A stretch of 55,205 bases of DNA from a virus. Taxonomy: Duplodnaviria; Caudoviricetes. A program made the translations under genes and the position numbers. Of the stretch, positions 37,361-46,106 are shown one piece after another. The stretch is taken from positions 1 to 55,205 of the IMG/VR virus record IMGVR_UViG_3300009509_000033, one strand, 5' to 3'. Numbering within the stretch: the stretch's first letter is position 1; every line of letters begins with the position of its first letter. The notes beneath the pieces are model-generated. The model searched no databases. It was given only the letters and a program-made list of their open reading frames with translations, and was not told the DNA's origin.

Positions 37361-39042
37361 TGGGCGATCAGACCAATTCCCCGACCCCTACCCAGTTGAT
37401 CGACGAGCAGGTTCACCACTGCAAACTCGAACTGGTAGAAGGGGAAGGCGAGAAGAAGGGCCGCGTTTTCGCACGCGGCGAATTCGGCCACGCGGCCAAG
37501 CCGACCGCGAACGGCCGTTTCTATCGGCACAACATCTGGGAGAGCAACATCTCTCGGCTCCGGCCGAACCTGGAGTCGCGGAAGGTGCTCGGGGAACTCG
37601 ACCACCCCACCGACGGGCGCACGGCTCTCCAGCGCGCCTCGCACGTCATCACCGACCTTCGGTTGGAGGGCGATCAGGTGATGGGCGAGGCGGAGATCCT
37701 CGACACGGCCAAGGGGCGCGACCTCAAGGCCATCCTGGCGGCTGGCGTGCCAGTCGGCATCTCGTCGCGCGGCTTCGGGAGCACCAAGCCGAATCGTGAA
37801 GGTGTCGAGGAGGTCCAAGAGGACTACAAACTCGTCACCTTCGACTTCGTGGCGGAGCCGGCCGACCCGACGGCCTATCCAGAGGTCGTCTTCGAGAACG
37901 TCGAGCAGGGCGCGACACTCATGTTCGAGGGGATGGCGTTCGAGGCTCAGGAGCCGGAACCTGCTTCCGAGCCAGAGCCCGAGCCCGAGCCCGAGCCCGA
38001 AGGCGGCGAAGGCGGCGAAGGCGACGAGGACGGAGACGACCCGGCAGAGGAAGGCGTGGCCCCGAACGTAGGGTCCGCTCCTCCGGGAGAAGCCGAGATG
38101 GCCAAGCGTTTCGCCGCGCGTGTGCTGGCGGACGCGGAAGGCAACGAGATCGACGTCGAGGCACTCCGCCAAGAGTTTGCGGACCAGATCGTCGCACGCA
38201 TCGCCGCTCTCCGCGCGGACGTCGAGAAGCAGGTTCGTGCAGAGATGGCGGCCGACCCGACTGTTGCGGACGCCCGTGCGGCGTTGGAGCAGGTCCAGAG
38301 GGCACTGCTCCCGTTCTCGCTGACGGAGGACGCCAACGCGCTCCTTTCCGAGCGCGATGCGGAAATCCGTGTGCTGCGCTCTCAACTCGAAGAGGCGGAG
38401 CAGCAGATCGAGCAGAGCGAGACGCTGATCGAGACGCTGACAGCGGCGGCTCGCGAGGCGGGCTACAGGTACCACCTGGAGTGCCTGCTCCACGAGGACG
38501 ACTCGGACACCGAACGGCTTCGGACCATCGTGGGTGACGTGCTGCAATACGAGAGCCCGGACGCGCTTCGCGAGCGTGTGGAGGAGGCGTACCAAGAGTT
38601 GCAGACGTTCCGCCTCGAAGAGGCCCGCGTCGAACAGCGCCGGTCTGCGATGGCCGATCAACTTCGATCCAAGAACCGCGAGTTGGCGGAAGGGCTTGAG
38701 CAGGCCCTCGTCGCCAATCGGGACCTGGCTCTCCAGGTGTACGCATCGGAGAGGTTGCAAACTCACCCACAAGGTGCGAAGATCCTCCGGATGCTCAGGC
38801 GATCTGGAATCCAGTCGCGTGAGCAAGTGGACGCCATGATCGAGGACTTCCGAGAGCCGGTCCGGGACGCTGACGATCTTGAGCAGGTGCGAGCGAGGGT
38901 TCGTGCGCGCCTGCATGGTGGTCAGGAGTACCTGGCAGAAGACGCACAGCCCGCGCGTGGCCGGGGGGCCAACGCGAGCAACTACAACGGTCTCGGAGCG
39001 TCCCTGGCAGATCTGAAACACCTGGCAGGGATGGGCGACTGA
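37360..39042 (+). CDS. T4 gp21-like prohead protease fused to a coiled-coil scaffold region
   Basis: NGRFY, LGELDHP, ASHVI, GISSRGFGS, LVTFDFVAEP; start reassigned to the ATG at 37360. Confidence 0.9.
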   Translation: MGDQTNSPTPTQLIDEQVHHCKLELVEGEGEKKGRVFARGEFGHAAKPTANGRFYRHNIWESNISRLRPNLESRKVLGELDHPTDGRTALQRASHVITDLRLEGDQVMGEAEILDTAKGRDLKAILAAGVPVGISSRGFGSTKPNREGVEEVQEDYKLVTFDFVAEPADPTAYPEVVFENVEQGATLMFEGMAFEAQEPEPASEPEPEPEPEPEGGEGGEGDEDGDDPAEEGVAPNVGSAPPGEAEMAKRFAARVLADAEGNEIDVEALRQEFADQIVARIAALRADVEKQVRAEMAADPTVADARAALEQVQRALLPFSLTEDANALLSERDAEIRVLRSQLEEAEQQIEQSETLIETLTAAAREAGYRYHLECLLHEDDSDTERLRTIVGDVLQYESPDALRERVEEAYQELQTFRLEEARVEQRRSAMADQLRSKNRELAEGLEQALVANRDLALQVYASERLQTHPQGAKILRMLRRSGIQSREQVDAMIEDFREPVRDADDLEQVRARVRARLHGGQEYLAEDAQPARGRGANASNYNGLGASLADLKHLAGMGD

Positions 39043-39100
39043 GGAAGGATTCTGGCGGGCGACGACGATCCGCCGTGGAAGGAAACTAAGGAGGCAAGCC

Positions 39101-40597
39101 GTGGAAGCTCGACAGATGCTTCAGGAAGAGGGTCGTCGAACGATCGCCGACCAGAGCTACGTCGGGGCCTTGATCCGGAAGTGGGGAGACTTCCTGGAGG
39201 GCCTCGCGGACCGAAGCGAGCAGGACAGGTACATCCTCGGATGCACCGCCATGCTCATGGAGAACGAGTCGCTGTGGCTCCAGAGCCTCACGGAGGAGAC
39301 TCGGACGGTGAACGTCGGATCGTTCACCAAGTTCATCTTCCCCGTGTTGCGGCGAGTTTTCCCGAACCTGATCGCGAACGAGATCGTCTCGGTCCAGCCG
39401 ATGACGGCCCCGATCGGCGCGGTCTTCTTCCTCGACTACGTGTACGGCTCGACCAAGGGCGCCACGACCGAGGGAGCCGTGTTCCCGCGCGACTTCGATC
39501 GGGACTACTCCTCGGAGTACGTCAACGGCGAGCCGCTCGTGACCGGCGATGGCGTCAACTTCGGCGGAGGTGGCACACCGCTCGACGCCGTGCTGGCGTG
39601 GACGCCGGTTCGTCCGCTCGACGCGGCGCGTGGCTTCCAGGTCGCGATCCGTGAGATCGACTCCTCGACCGGAGCGACCCTGAAGGAGATCGTCTTCGAT
39701 GCGGCCGGGACTGGCTCGGCTTCGGCGGACTACTCCGCCGGGTCGATCAACCACTCCAACGGCTCGATCACCGGGCTCCTGTTCACGGCGATTCCGGCGC
39801 TGGGGAACCAGATCAAGGCGTTCTACTACTTCGATGGCGAGCTGAACACCAAGGTTCCCGAGGTGAAGCTCGACGTCAAGAAAGCTCCCGTGGAAGCCGT
39901 GCCGCGTCGGCTCAAGGCTCTGTGGTCGAGCGAGGCAGCGGAAGACCTCCGCGCCTTCCACGGCCTCGACGCCGAGACCGAGATCGTGTCGATCATCGCG
40001 CAGGAGATCGCGCTGGAGATCGATCGCGAGATCATCCAAGACCTGTTCCTGTCCTCGACGGGGACCACCGGCACGTTCGATCGCATCCCGCCGGGCGGCA
40101 TCGCCGAGATCGACCACATCCGCGCGTTCATCACGCAGATCAGCACGGTCTCGAACCTCATCCACAAGAAGACCCTCCGCGCGCCGGCCAACTGGATCGT
40201 CACGAGCCCCGAGATTTCGGCGCTCCTGACCCAGCTCACCACGCACGGCGACTTCAAGCCCATCTGGTCGGCGGACATGAACCCGAACTCGCCGACCGAC
40301 ATCATGCGGCCCCGGACGGCCCACGGGCAGTTCTCGATCTACAAGACCGGGACGCTCATGAACAAGTGGGTCGTCTACGAGGACCCCTTCTTCACGACCA
40401 ACAAGATGATGGTCGGTCTGAAGGGCGGGAGCTTCCTGGAGTCCGGCTACTGCTGGGCGCCCTACGTGCCCCTCCAGGTCACCCCGACGTTCCTCGACCC
40501 GAGCGACTTCAGCTTCCGCAAGGGCCTCCGGACCCGGTACGCGAAGAAGCTGCTTCGCCCGGACTTCTACGGTCAGATCACGGTCAACAACCTGTAG
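39101..40597 (+). CDS. T4 gp23-like major capsid protein
   Basis: VQPMTAPIG.VF, RRLKALWSSEAAEDLRAFHGLDAE, EIDREII, APYVPLQ, RTRYA. Confidence 0.95.
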   Translation: MEARQMLQEEGRRTIADQSYVGALIRKWGDFLEGLADRSEQDRYILGCTAMLMENESLWLQSLTEETRTVNVGSFTKFIFPVLRRVFPNLIANEIVSVQPMTAPIGAVFFLDYVYGSTKGATTEGAVFPRDFDRDYSSEYVNGEPLVTGDGVNFGGGGTPLDAVLAWTPVRPLDAARGFQVAIREIDSSTGATLKEIVFDAAGTGSASADYSAGSINHSNGSITGLLFTAIPALGNQIKAFYYFDGELNTKVPEVKLDVKKAPVEAVPRRLKALWSSEAAEDLRAFHGLDAETEIVSIIAQEIALEIDREIIQDLFLSSTGTTGTFDRIPPGGIAEIDHIRAFITQISTVSNLIHKKTLRAPANWIVTSPEISALLTQLTTHGDFKPIWSADMNPNSPTDIMRPRTAHGQFSIYKTGTLMNKWVVYEDPFFTTNKMMVGLKGGSFLESGYCWAPYVPLQVTPTFLDPSDFSFRKGLRTRYAKKLLRPDFYGQITVNNL

Positions 40598-40645
40598 GCG
40601 GCGACGCCTGCGACGAGTGACCTGATCGACCTCGGTTCGTTCTCG

Positions 40646-40685
40646 ACGGCCGCTGGCTCCCAAGGGGCCGGCGGCCGTTTGCTTT
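40646..40685 (+). terminator. intrinsic terminator after the capsid gene
   Basis: 15-bp stem ACGGCCGCTGGCTCC/GGGGCCGGCGGCCGT followed by TTGCTTT. Confidence 0.75.
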
Positions 40686-40691
40686 GAGGGG

Positions 40692-40707
40692 TGCGACCAA
40701 TTGTCGC
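40692..40707. promoter_or_regulatory. quasi-palindromic operator/parS-like site, copy 2
   Basis: TGCGACCAATTGTCGC, just upstream of the TGG-TAAGGT -10 box. Confidence 0.5.
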
Positions 40708-40726
40708 ACCTGGTAAGGTAGGGACG

Positions 40727-41341
40727 ATGGCGATGGCAAAGAAGACGGACGATGTGTTGGCCGACCTCAAGAGAGTCGGCGCAGTAGGCGGCTCACCGAA
40801 AACTCCATCAATTTCCGAGGCTATTGTCACGGAGGTCGAGATCGAGCAGGGTGCCCCAGGGGCGGTCCTACGCGATCTTCGTGGGGAGCGAGCGGTCGAG
40901 GCCATAGACGACGCGGTGCGGCATCTGGACGATGCGATGCGCGCGTTCGAGGGGCTTCGAGAGTCTCTCGTGCACCTCAGACGGGTGTGGGAGCCGGTCT
41001 CTGGGGACGAGGTTCCCTCTTTCCAGGCCCCGGAGACGCCTGAGACGGCCCTGGACGGGTTGGAGAGGCCGGGAGCCCCTCCTATGCCTCCGAACCCGCA
41101 GGGGCCGCCAGAGGCCGATAGGGGGCCACAGGACGTCGATCCCGAGGCTATCGCGCGTGCCCGAGAGATGGCGCGGCGGAAGATACTCGGCGAGGACATC
41201 CCCCCGGAGCAGAGGAAGGAGGACGAGGACGACGTTCCCTACGTCGGGCAAACGCGGGCGCTTCCCCCTGGGATGGAGCCCGAAGAAATCACGATCGGCA
41301 CGGTCGGGACGATCAAGCCGAGTTTTCCAGCGGAGGAATGA
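40727..41341 (+). CDS. hypothetical protein
   Basis: ATG at 40727 after a -10 box; coupled to the next gene. Confidence 0.65.
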   Translation: MAMAKKTDDVLADLKRVGAVGGSPKTPSISEAIVTEVEIEQGAPGAVLRDLRGERAVEAIDDAVRHLDDAMRAFEGLRESLVHLRRVWEPVSGDEVPSFQAPETPETALDGLERPGAPPMPPNPQGPPEADRGPQDVDPEAIARAREMARRKILGEDIPPEQRKEDEDDVPYVGQTRALPPGMEPEEITIGTVGTIKPSFPAEE

Positions 41342-41733
41342 CCATGGCACGTAGGTTCAGAAAGAAGGCAGGGCTCGGCATCGTGAGTCTCCCCGGACTG
41401 CCCGGCCTCGGAAACGACACGATCGTGGAGGGCGACGAGTACGCTCGGTTCTGCCCGGCCATCCTCGAAGAGGTCTTCGAGAAGGCCCCGCCGAAGCCGG
41501 CCTCGAAGCCGGCCGCCGTCAAGCCCCCGCCCCCGCCTCCTCCCCCGCCCCCGCCGCCTCCAGAGGAGCCGGAGGACGAGCCGGAGGACGACGAGGAGGA
41601 GGAGGTCGAGCCTCCGAACATGTCGTGGCGGAAGGACGAACTCGTGGAGTACGCCGAAGGGCTCGGTCTCGACGTGTCGGGCCTGACCAAGGCGCAGATC
41701 CTCGAAGCGATCGAGGAAGAAGAGGGGGAGTGA
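41338..41733 (+). CDS. small protein with poly-Pro linker and C-terminal HeH/Rho-N-like domain
   Basis: WRKDELVEYAEGLGLDVSGLTKAQILEAI. Confidence 0.7.
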   Translation: MTMARRFRKKAGLGIVSLPGLPGLGNDTIVEGDEYARFCPAILEEVFEKAPPKPASKPAAVKPPPPPPPPPPPPPEEPEDEPEDDEEEEVEPPNMSWRKDELVEYAEGLGLDVSGLTKAQILEAIEEEEGE

Positions 41734-41737
41734 CGCC

Positions 41738-41902
41738 ATGAAGTGCCCACAGTGCGGCCATCCGGAAGTCCTTGTCGAGAGCAAGCCGAACGGCGACAAG
41801 CACGTGAAGTGTCCGAAGTGCGGCCTGGACGAGGTGCGTGACAGCCAGGGGCGAAAACTGCTCCTCGACACTGTAGGTGGCGGCGACGTCCTGCTATCCT
41901 GA
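41738..41902 (+). CDS. 54-aa Zn-ribbon protein (not in the ORF track)
   Basis: MKCPQCGH...KCPKCG; GGGGAG RBS. Confidence 0.7.
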   Translation: MKCPQCGHPEVLVESKPNGDKHVKCPKCGLDEVRDSQGRKLLLDTVGGGDVLLS

Positions 41903-41912
41903 TCAGTGAGAG

Positions 41913-42656
41913 GTGGAGATGGCGCGGCCCCCTGGAAACAAGTTGATGAACCGGGAGGAGTTGGGGGAGTGGATTCTCCGCCGACTGGGAGCACCCTTCT
42001 GGGACATCGAGCTATGCCAAGAGCACGTCAAGGACGCGGTGGAGATGGCTGTCCGCTGGTTCGCCGCGAAGAAGGGCGTCTCGAAGCTATTCACCATCCG
42101 AACGACTCCGAGCGTCGTGGAGTACACCCTCGACTCAGAGATCGACCGGGTGATCGACGTCGCCTACGAGACGCACAAGCTGGACCTCTCCCTCATCTTC
42201 TCGCCCTTCACGCTGCTCGAAGAGAAGATACCCTACGACACGTTCGCGTCGGGTGGGTCTGGGGGCCTCTACTCCAGCTACGTGCAGGCTCTCCAGTACA
42301 TCGAGATGGCGAAGCGGGTTCTGAGTGCCGAGTTCGAGTGGACTGAGATCAACGACAAACTCTTCATCGCGCCGCCGCCCCAGGACTCTCGGAACCTCGT
42401 TGTCTGGGCGAAGATCAACTTCACGCAGATCGAAGACCTGGAGGAGCGGGATCACGAGCTGGTCAAGCGCTACGCGCTGGCGAAGGCGCAGGTGGACCTC
42501 GCGTGGATTCGTGGGAAGTACGGGGAGTACCCGAGCGCTCAGGGCACAACAACCTTGAACTGGGACAGGCTGCTCGACTCCGCACAGACCGAGATCGAGA
42601 AGCTCGAAGACGAGATCATGGGCGCCGGCTACCCGATGGGCTTCGTGACGGGGTGA
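41913..42656 (+). CDS. T4 gp13-like neck protein
   Basis: WILRRLGAP..DIEL, VKRYALAKA....RGKY, P.GFVTG C-terminus. Confidence 0.8.
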   Translation: MEMARPPGNKLMNREELGEWILRRLGAPFWDIELCQEHVKDAVEMAVRWFAAKKGVSKLFTIRTTPSVVEYTLDSEIDRVIDVAYETHKLDLSLIFSPFTLLEEKIPYDTFASGGSGGLYSSYVQALQYIEMAKRVLSAEFEWTEINDKLFIAPPPQDSRNLVVWAKINFTQIEDLEERDHELVKRYALAKAQVDLAWIRGKYGEYPSAQGTTTLNWDRLLDSAQTEIEKLEDEIMGAGYPMGFVTG

Positions 42657-42660
42657 GGCC

Positions 42661-43236
42661 ATGGCGATCGTGAAGAAGTGCTCCCGGTGCGAGTTTGCGA
42701 AGCTCAAGCGGAGTGGGCCTCAGACATGTGGGCCGTTCGCACTCGATGGACGTGACGCGGACATGTTCGAGCACTTCGCGCAGGAGCACACGGAGGCGTC
42801 CGGGACGGAGATCCTTCTCTGGCATCAGAACCTCGAAGAGTCACTGCGCGACCCTCTCTACGACGAGCCGATCGACAGGGCGTGGCTCGGCCCATTCAAG
42901 CTCACTGCCTACGTGGAGTACATCGCCGGCTCTCCCCAGATGACCGAGAACGGCATGACGGTCCGATGGGAAGGTCGCATCTGGATCGCCAAGAAGACGT
43001 TGCAGGATACGGGGACACCTGCCCCGCTCGAAGGGGACGTCATCCGGTACTGGGACGATCGCTTCTTCGCGGAGCACGGCGTCAACGCCGAGGAGGGCGT
43101 CCACGGAGGGTACTACTTCGATATCATCAACGTGGACGACGACGGTCACGTGCAGGACTCGGCCAGCTTCGTTGGTCTCACGATCAACGTCCTCCGGCGC
43201 ACGGAGTTTACGCCCGAGCGGCGTCTCGACGGATAA
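42661..43236 (+). CDS. T4 gp14-like neck/head-closure protein
   Basis: DPLYDEP, P.EGDVI; follows the gp13-like gene. Confidence 0.6.
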   Translation: MAIVKKCSRCEFAKLKRSGPQTCGPFALDGRDADMFEHFAQEHTEASGTEILLWHQNLEESLRDPLYDEPIDRAWLGPFKLTAYVEYIAGSPQMTENGMTVRWEGRIWIAKKTLQDTGTPAPLEGDVIRYWDDRFFAEHGVNAEEGVHGGYYFDIINVDDDGHVQDSASFVGLTINVLRRTEFTPERRLDG

Positions 43237-43253
43237 CGGACAAGGGTGAGAAC

Positions 43254-43712
43254 ATGGACATGGTGAGAGTTGGACAGGCCATTGCGAGCGGCGTGTCCAT
43301 CGTCTGTGCGACGTGCAAGAGGTACTGGGAGGGACGTGAACGGGGGCTACCCGACCCGAAGTGCACGGCAGCCCGGCCTTGTGGGTCGCCTCTCGCTGCG
43401 CTGACGTTCCCGGAGTACGACGGCCCGATGACGGACTTCGCGAGGTGGTGCTTCGTTTGTGGGGGCCACGCCACGAAGGGCGTGAAGGTCCGAGAGGAGC
43501 CCCGCGTCATCGGCATGTGCGATGAGCACGTGCAGTGGCTTGGGAAGGTGGAGCCTGTCGGCCTGAAGTTGAATGGCGAGAACCTGACGGACATCATCGA
43601 TCGAGAGATGGGTCGAGTGTCGCAGGCTCGTTTCTTCGGGCCGGAGAAGAAAACTCTCGGCCAGGCCATCGCGGAGACGGAGGCCGAGCTGGCAGAAGAG
43701 GAGAGTCGTTGA
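43254..43712 (+). CDS. Cys-rich hypothetical protein
   Basis: CATC, CFVC, C..H; ATG at 43254. Confidence 0.65.
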   Translation: MDMVRVGQAIASGVSIVCATCKRYWEGRERGLPDPKCTAARPCGSPLAALTFPEYDGPMTDFARWCFVCGGHATKGVKVREEPRVIGMCDEHVQWLGKVEPVGLKLNGENLTDIIDREMGRVSQARFFGPEKKTLGQAIAETEAELAEEESR

Positions 43713-44536
43713 AGGTCGAGGTCCAATCGGCGCAGTTCGATGAGGCGTATGCGCTCGTTCAGCAGTGGCAGAAAAGGGCGAGGGCTGTCCGACGCCAGTT
43801 CTTGTATCTCGCCGTTCAGAAGACCTACGATGACCTCCTCGGCTTCCTTCCCTCGGACAGGAAGGAGCTTCGGACCTCCCTCCGGATGCAGAAGATACGA
43901 GGGCTCCCGGACTCGGTGGATGGGTATGTCATCCGCTCGATTCCGAAGGGGCGTGCGATAGCACAGGCGGAGAGCGAGAACGCCGTCATCTACGTGGCGG
44001 CCAAGAGCCACCTCATGCGCTCTGTTCCGAAGGAGACCGCGCTCCTCGAAGCGTACAGTCCGTGGACATTGGAAACTCTGCCCTACCCTCCGGACCCGAA
44101 GACGGCGAACGTCATCTCTCGGCGAGTGAGCAAGCGGGAGGTGAACCGGGTCCGTCAGATGCGCCTTCGGGACCGCCCAGAGTGGCGGAGGCAGATGATC
44201 AAGGAAGGGATCAAGGTCCATCGGCCGGGACTGGAACCGAAGGCCGGCAACACCCCATCCGTCCCGGACACCGCGTTCGAGTCGCTGCGGCTGGAATTCG
44301 GCCTCGGAGGGGAGCCAGCGAAGCCGCATTGGAGGAAGGCGATCCTCAAGTTGGCTCTACGAGGTGGAACTGGTATGATCGCCCGAAAACGAGAGTTTAC
44401 GAGAGCGATGACCAGTCTGTCCTTCAACGCTTGGGAGCGGTGGCCGAAACGGACCACGGGCTTTGCCACGCTGGCAGAGGCCAAGCGCTACGTCCCGTTC
44501 CAACAGCGGCTCGGGCTCCGATTGGGACGGCCATGA
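43709..44536 (+). CDS. basic hypothetical virion morphogenesis protein
   Basis: TTG start overlapping the upstream TGA; located in the neck region. Confidence 0.6.
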   Translation: MKVEVQSAQFDEAYALVQQWQKRARAVRRQFLYLAVQKTYDDLLGFLPSDRKELRTSLRMQKIRGLPDSVDGYVIRSIPKGRAIAQAESENAVIYVAAKSHLMRSVPKETALLEAYSPWTLETLPYPPDPKTANVISRRVSKREVNRVRQMRLRDRPEWRRQMIKEGIKVHRPGLEPKAGNTPSVPDTAFESLRLEFGLGGEPAKPHWRKAILKLALRGGTGMIARKREFTRAMTSLSFNAWERWPKRTTGFATLAEAKRYVPFQQRLGLRLGRP

Positions 44537-44823
44537 GCATGAAGGCCAGGTCTCACGCGCGTGAGATGCAGCGTCGCGAGAACCTCGTTCAAGAGGCATT
44601 CGACAGCTACCTCGACCACACTGTCGACCGCCTCGTTGCTCTCGGCGTGGAGGAGGCGGACGCGATCGAAGCCGTCTTCAACACGGTGGAGTACCTCGGG
44701 AACGAGGGAGTGCTGCCGCCGTTTCCGGAGGGCCGTGTGAGTCATGAGACGATGGGCAGGTGGCTTGTCGAGGCCGCTTCCTTCGGGCTCGTGGACTTCA
44801 TGGTGGAGGCGGCTCAAGCATGA
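44533..44823 (+). CDS. hypothetical protein
   Basis: ATGA overlaps on both sides. Confidence 0.6.
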   Translation: MSMKARSHAREMQRRENLVQEAFDSYLDHTVDRLVALGVEEADAIEAVFNTVEYLGNEGVLPPFPEGRVSHETMGRWLVEAASFGLVDFMVEAAQA

Positions 44824-45659
44824 CACACGACCCACAGATCGCTATCAGCGACTTCGAGGCTCGTGAAGCTGGCGAGGCCCCGAGCGGCATCGTCGGGCTC
44901 AGGAACTTCGATGCGGGGGTCGTGGAAACTCTCGGAGCAGAGGTCCATGAGATCGAGACAGGGAAAGGGCCTCACTCCAACTACTACATCACCCCGAGCA
45001 AGACCTTCCCCGTTGACCCGGCTCCCGGTCTTCCTGGCATCCCGGTGACGTTCTCCCACCCGGAGGACATCTACGCGAGGTACCGACAGCCGGTGATCGT
45101 GGTGCGTCGCGACGACATCTCTCCGGCGATGAATCGTTGGCACCCAGGGCACAAGTCGTGGAAGGCACCGGCACAAGAGGCCAACCCGGTCACTGTCACC
45201 ATCTACCCAGGGACCTTCGGGGAGCTTGTGCTGCAAGGGTTCGACAAGTACGAGACGAAGGACACCGGGGTCCCATTCGACATCACCTACTCGATCCAGA
45301 TCTACGCGAGGCACCGTGGAAAGGGACCTCTCCCGAAGAAAGGGACGCCCACGGGGTTCGTTGATGGGACGGGTGTTCCCGCAGCCGGGTCGCCTCGAAA
45401 CCAGGTGAACGCGGTCCTGGACTACGTTCTCCGCCGGTACGCGCCCTACTGCCAGGTGTTCGTGGAGGACAGTCTCGGGGATCGCCGAAAGTATTCGGCC
45501 TTCATGGAAGCTATTTCTCACTTGGACGAGGTTCCCGAAGTCACCGAGCGTGTGCTAGGATTCGCCGTGACACTGCGAGTCGAGGCAGAGCTAGACCTGT
45601 CCGATCCTGTGGTGCAACGGGCCGCACAGGCATTGACGCTCAGGTCAAAAGTGCTGTAA
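44820..45659 (+). CDS. tail terminator/sheath stabiliser (gp15-like)
   Basis: lies before the sheath; P.I.V.R.D and VPFDITYSIQIYA motifs. Confidence 0.6.
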   Translation: MTHDPQIAISDFEAREAGEAPSGIVGLRNFDAGVVETLGAEVHEIETGKGPHSNYYITPSKTFPVDPAPGLPGIPVTFSHPEDIYARYRQPVIVVRRDDISPAMNRWHPGHKSWKAPAQEANPVTVTIYPGTFGELVLQGFDKYETKDTGVPFDITYSIQIYARHRGKGPLPKKGTPTGFVDGTGVPAAGSPRNQVNAVLDYVLRRYAPYCQVFVEDSLGDRRKYSAFMEAISHLDEVPEVTERVLGFAVTLRVEAELDLSDPVVQRAAQALTLRSKVL

Positions 45660-45672
45660 AGGATGGTGGAAT

Positions 45673-46047
45673 ATGGCTAGCTACTTCAATAAAACTCGCG
45701 GTCCGATCACGGTGTCTCTGCGAACGGGTGAGCCGGCTGTCGTCGGCCCGAAGAAGACGCTCCACGTGACGCCGGAGCAGGACCGATCGGCTAGCCTCTT
45801 GTCCAGGGTCAAGAAGGGCCTGCTCGTCGAGGTCAAGGACAAGTCACCGAAGCCGACGCCGGCTACCGCGCCTGAGCCGAAGCCGGTCCCAGCCTCGAAG
45901 CCCCCGGCGGAATCGAAGCCGGAAGCACCTTCCATGGAGTGGACCAAGAGCCGGCTGACGGAGCACGCCGAATCGTTGGGCTTGGAGGTTCCGTCGAGTT
46001 GGACTAAGGTGGAGATCCTGGAGGCGATCGAGGAGGCGAGTCGATGA
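45673..46047 (+). CDS. small protein with C-terminal HeH/Rho-N-like domain (paralogous to 41338)
   Basis: PSMEWTKSRLTEHAESLGLEVPSSWTKVEILEAI. Confidence 0.7.
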   Translation: MASYFNKTRGPITVSLRTGEPAVVGPKKTLHVTPEQDRSASLLSRVKKGLLVEVKDKSPKPTPATAPEPKPVPASKPPAESKPEAPSMEWTKSRLTEHAESLGLEVPSSWTKVEILEAIEEASR

Positions 46048-46106
46048 CGATCGCGATCAAGAAAACTTCGAGGCGCAACGGTCGCCAACAGAGGAGGGAC
46101 TAGGCC

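Noticed and set aside
19365-40663. Long minus-strand ORFs (e.g. 19365-21560, 33735-35720, 37150-39021, 39086-40663)
   Set aside because: Antisense shadows of high-GC3 plus-strand genes, with no recognisable motifs.
40595-40687. Possible stop-codon readthrough of the capsid gene (29 open codons after TAG)
   Set aside because: The frame runs through the terminator hairpin, and an open stretch this long is expected at this GC content.
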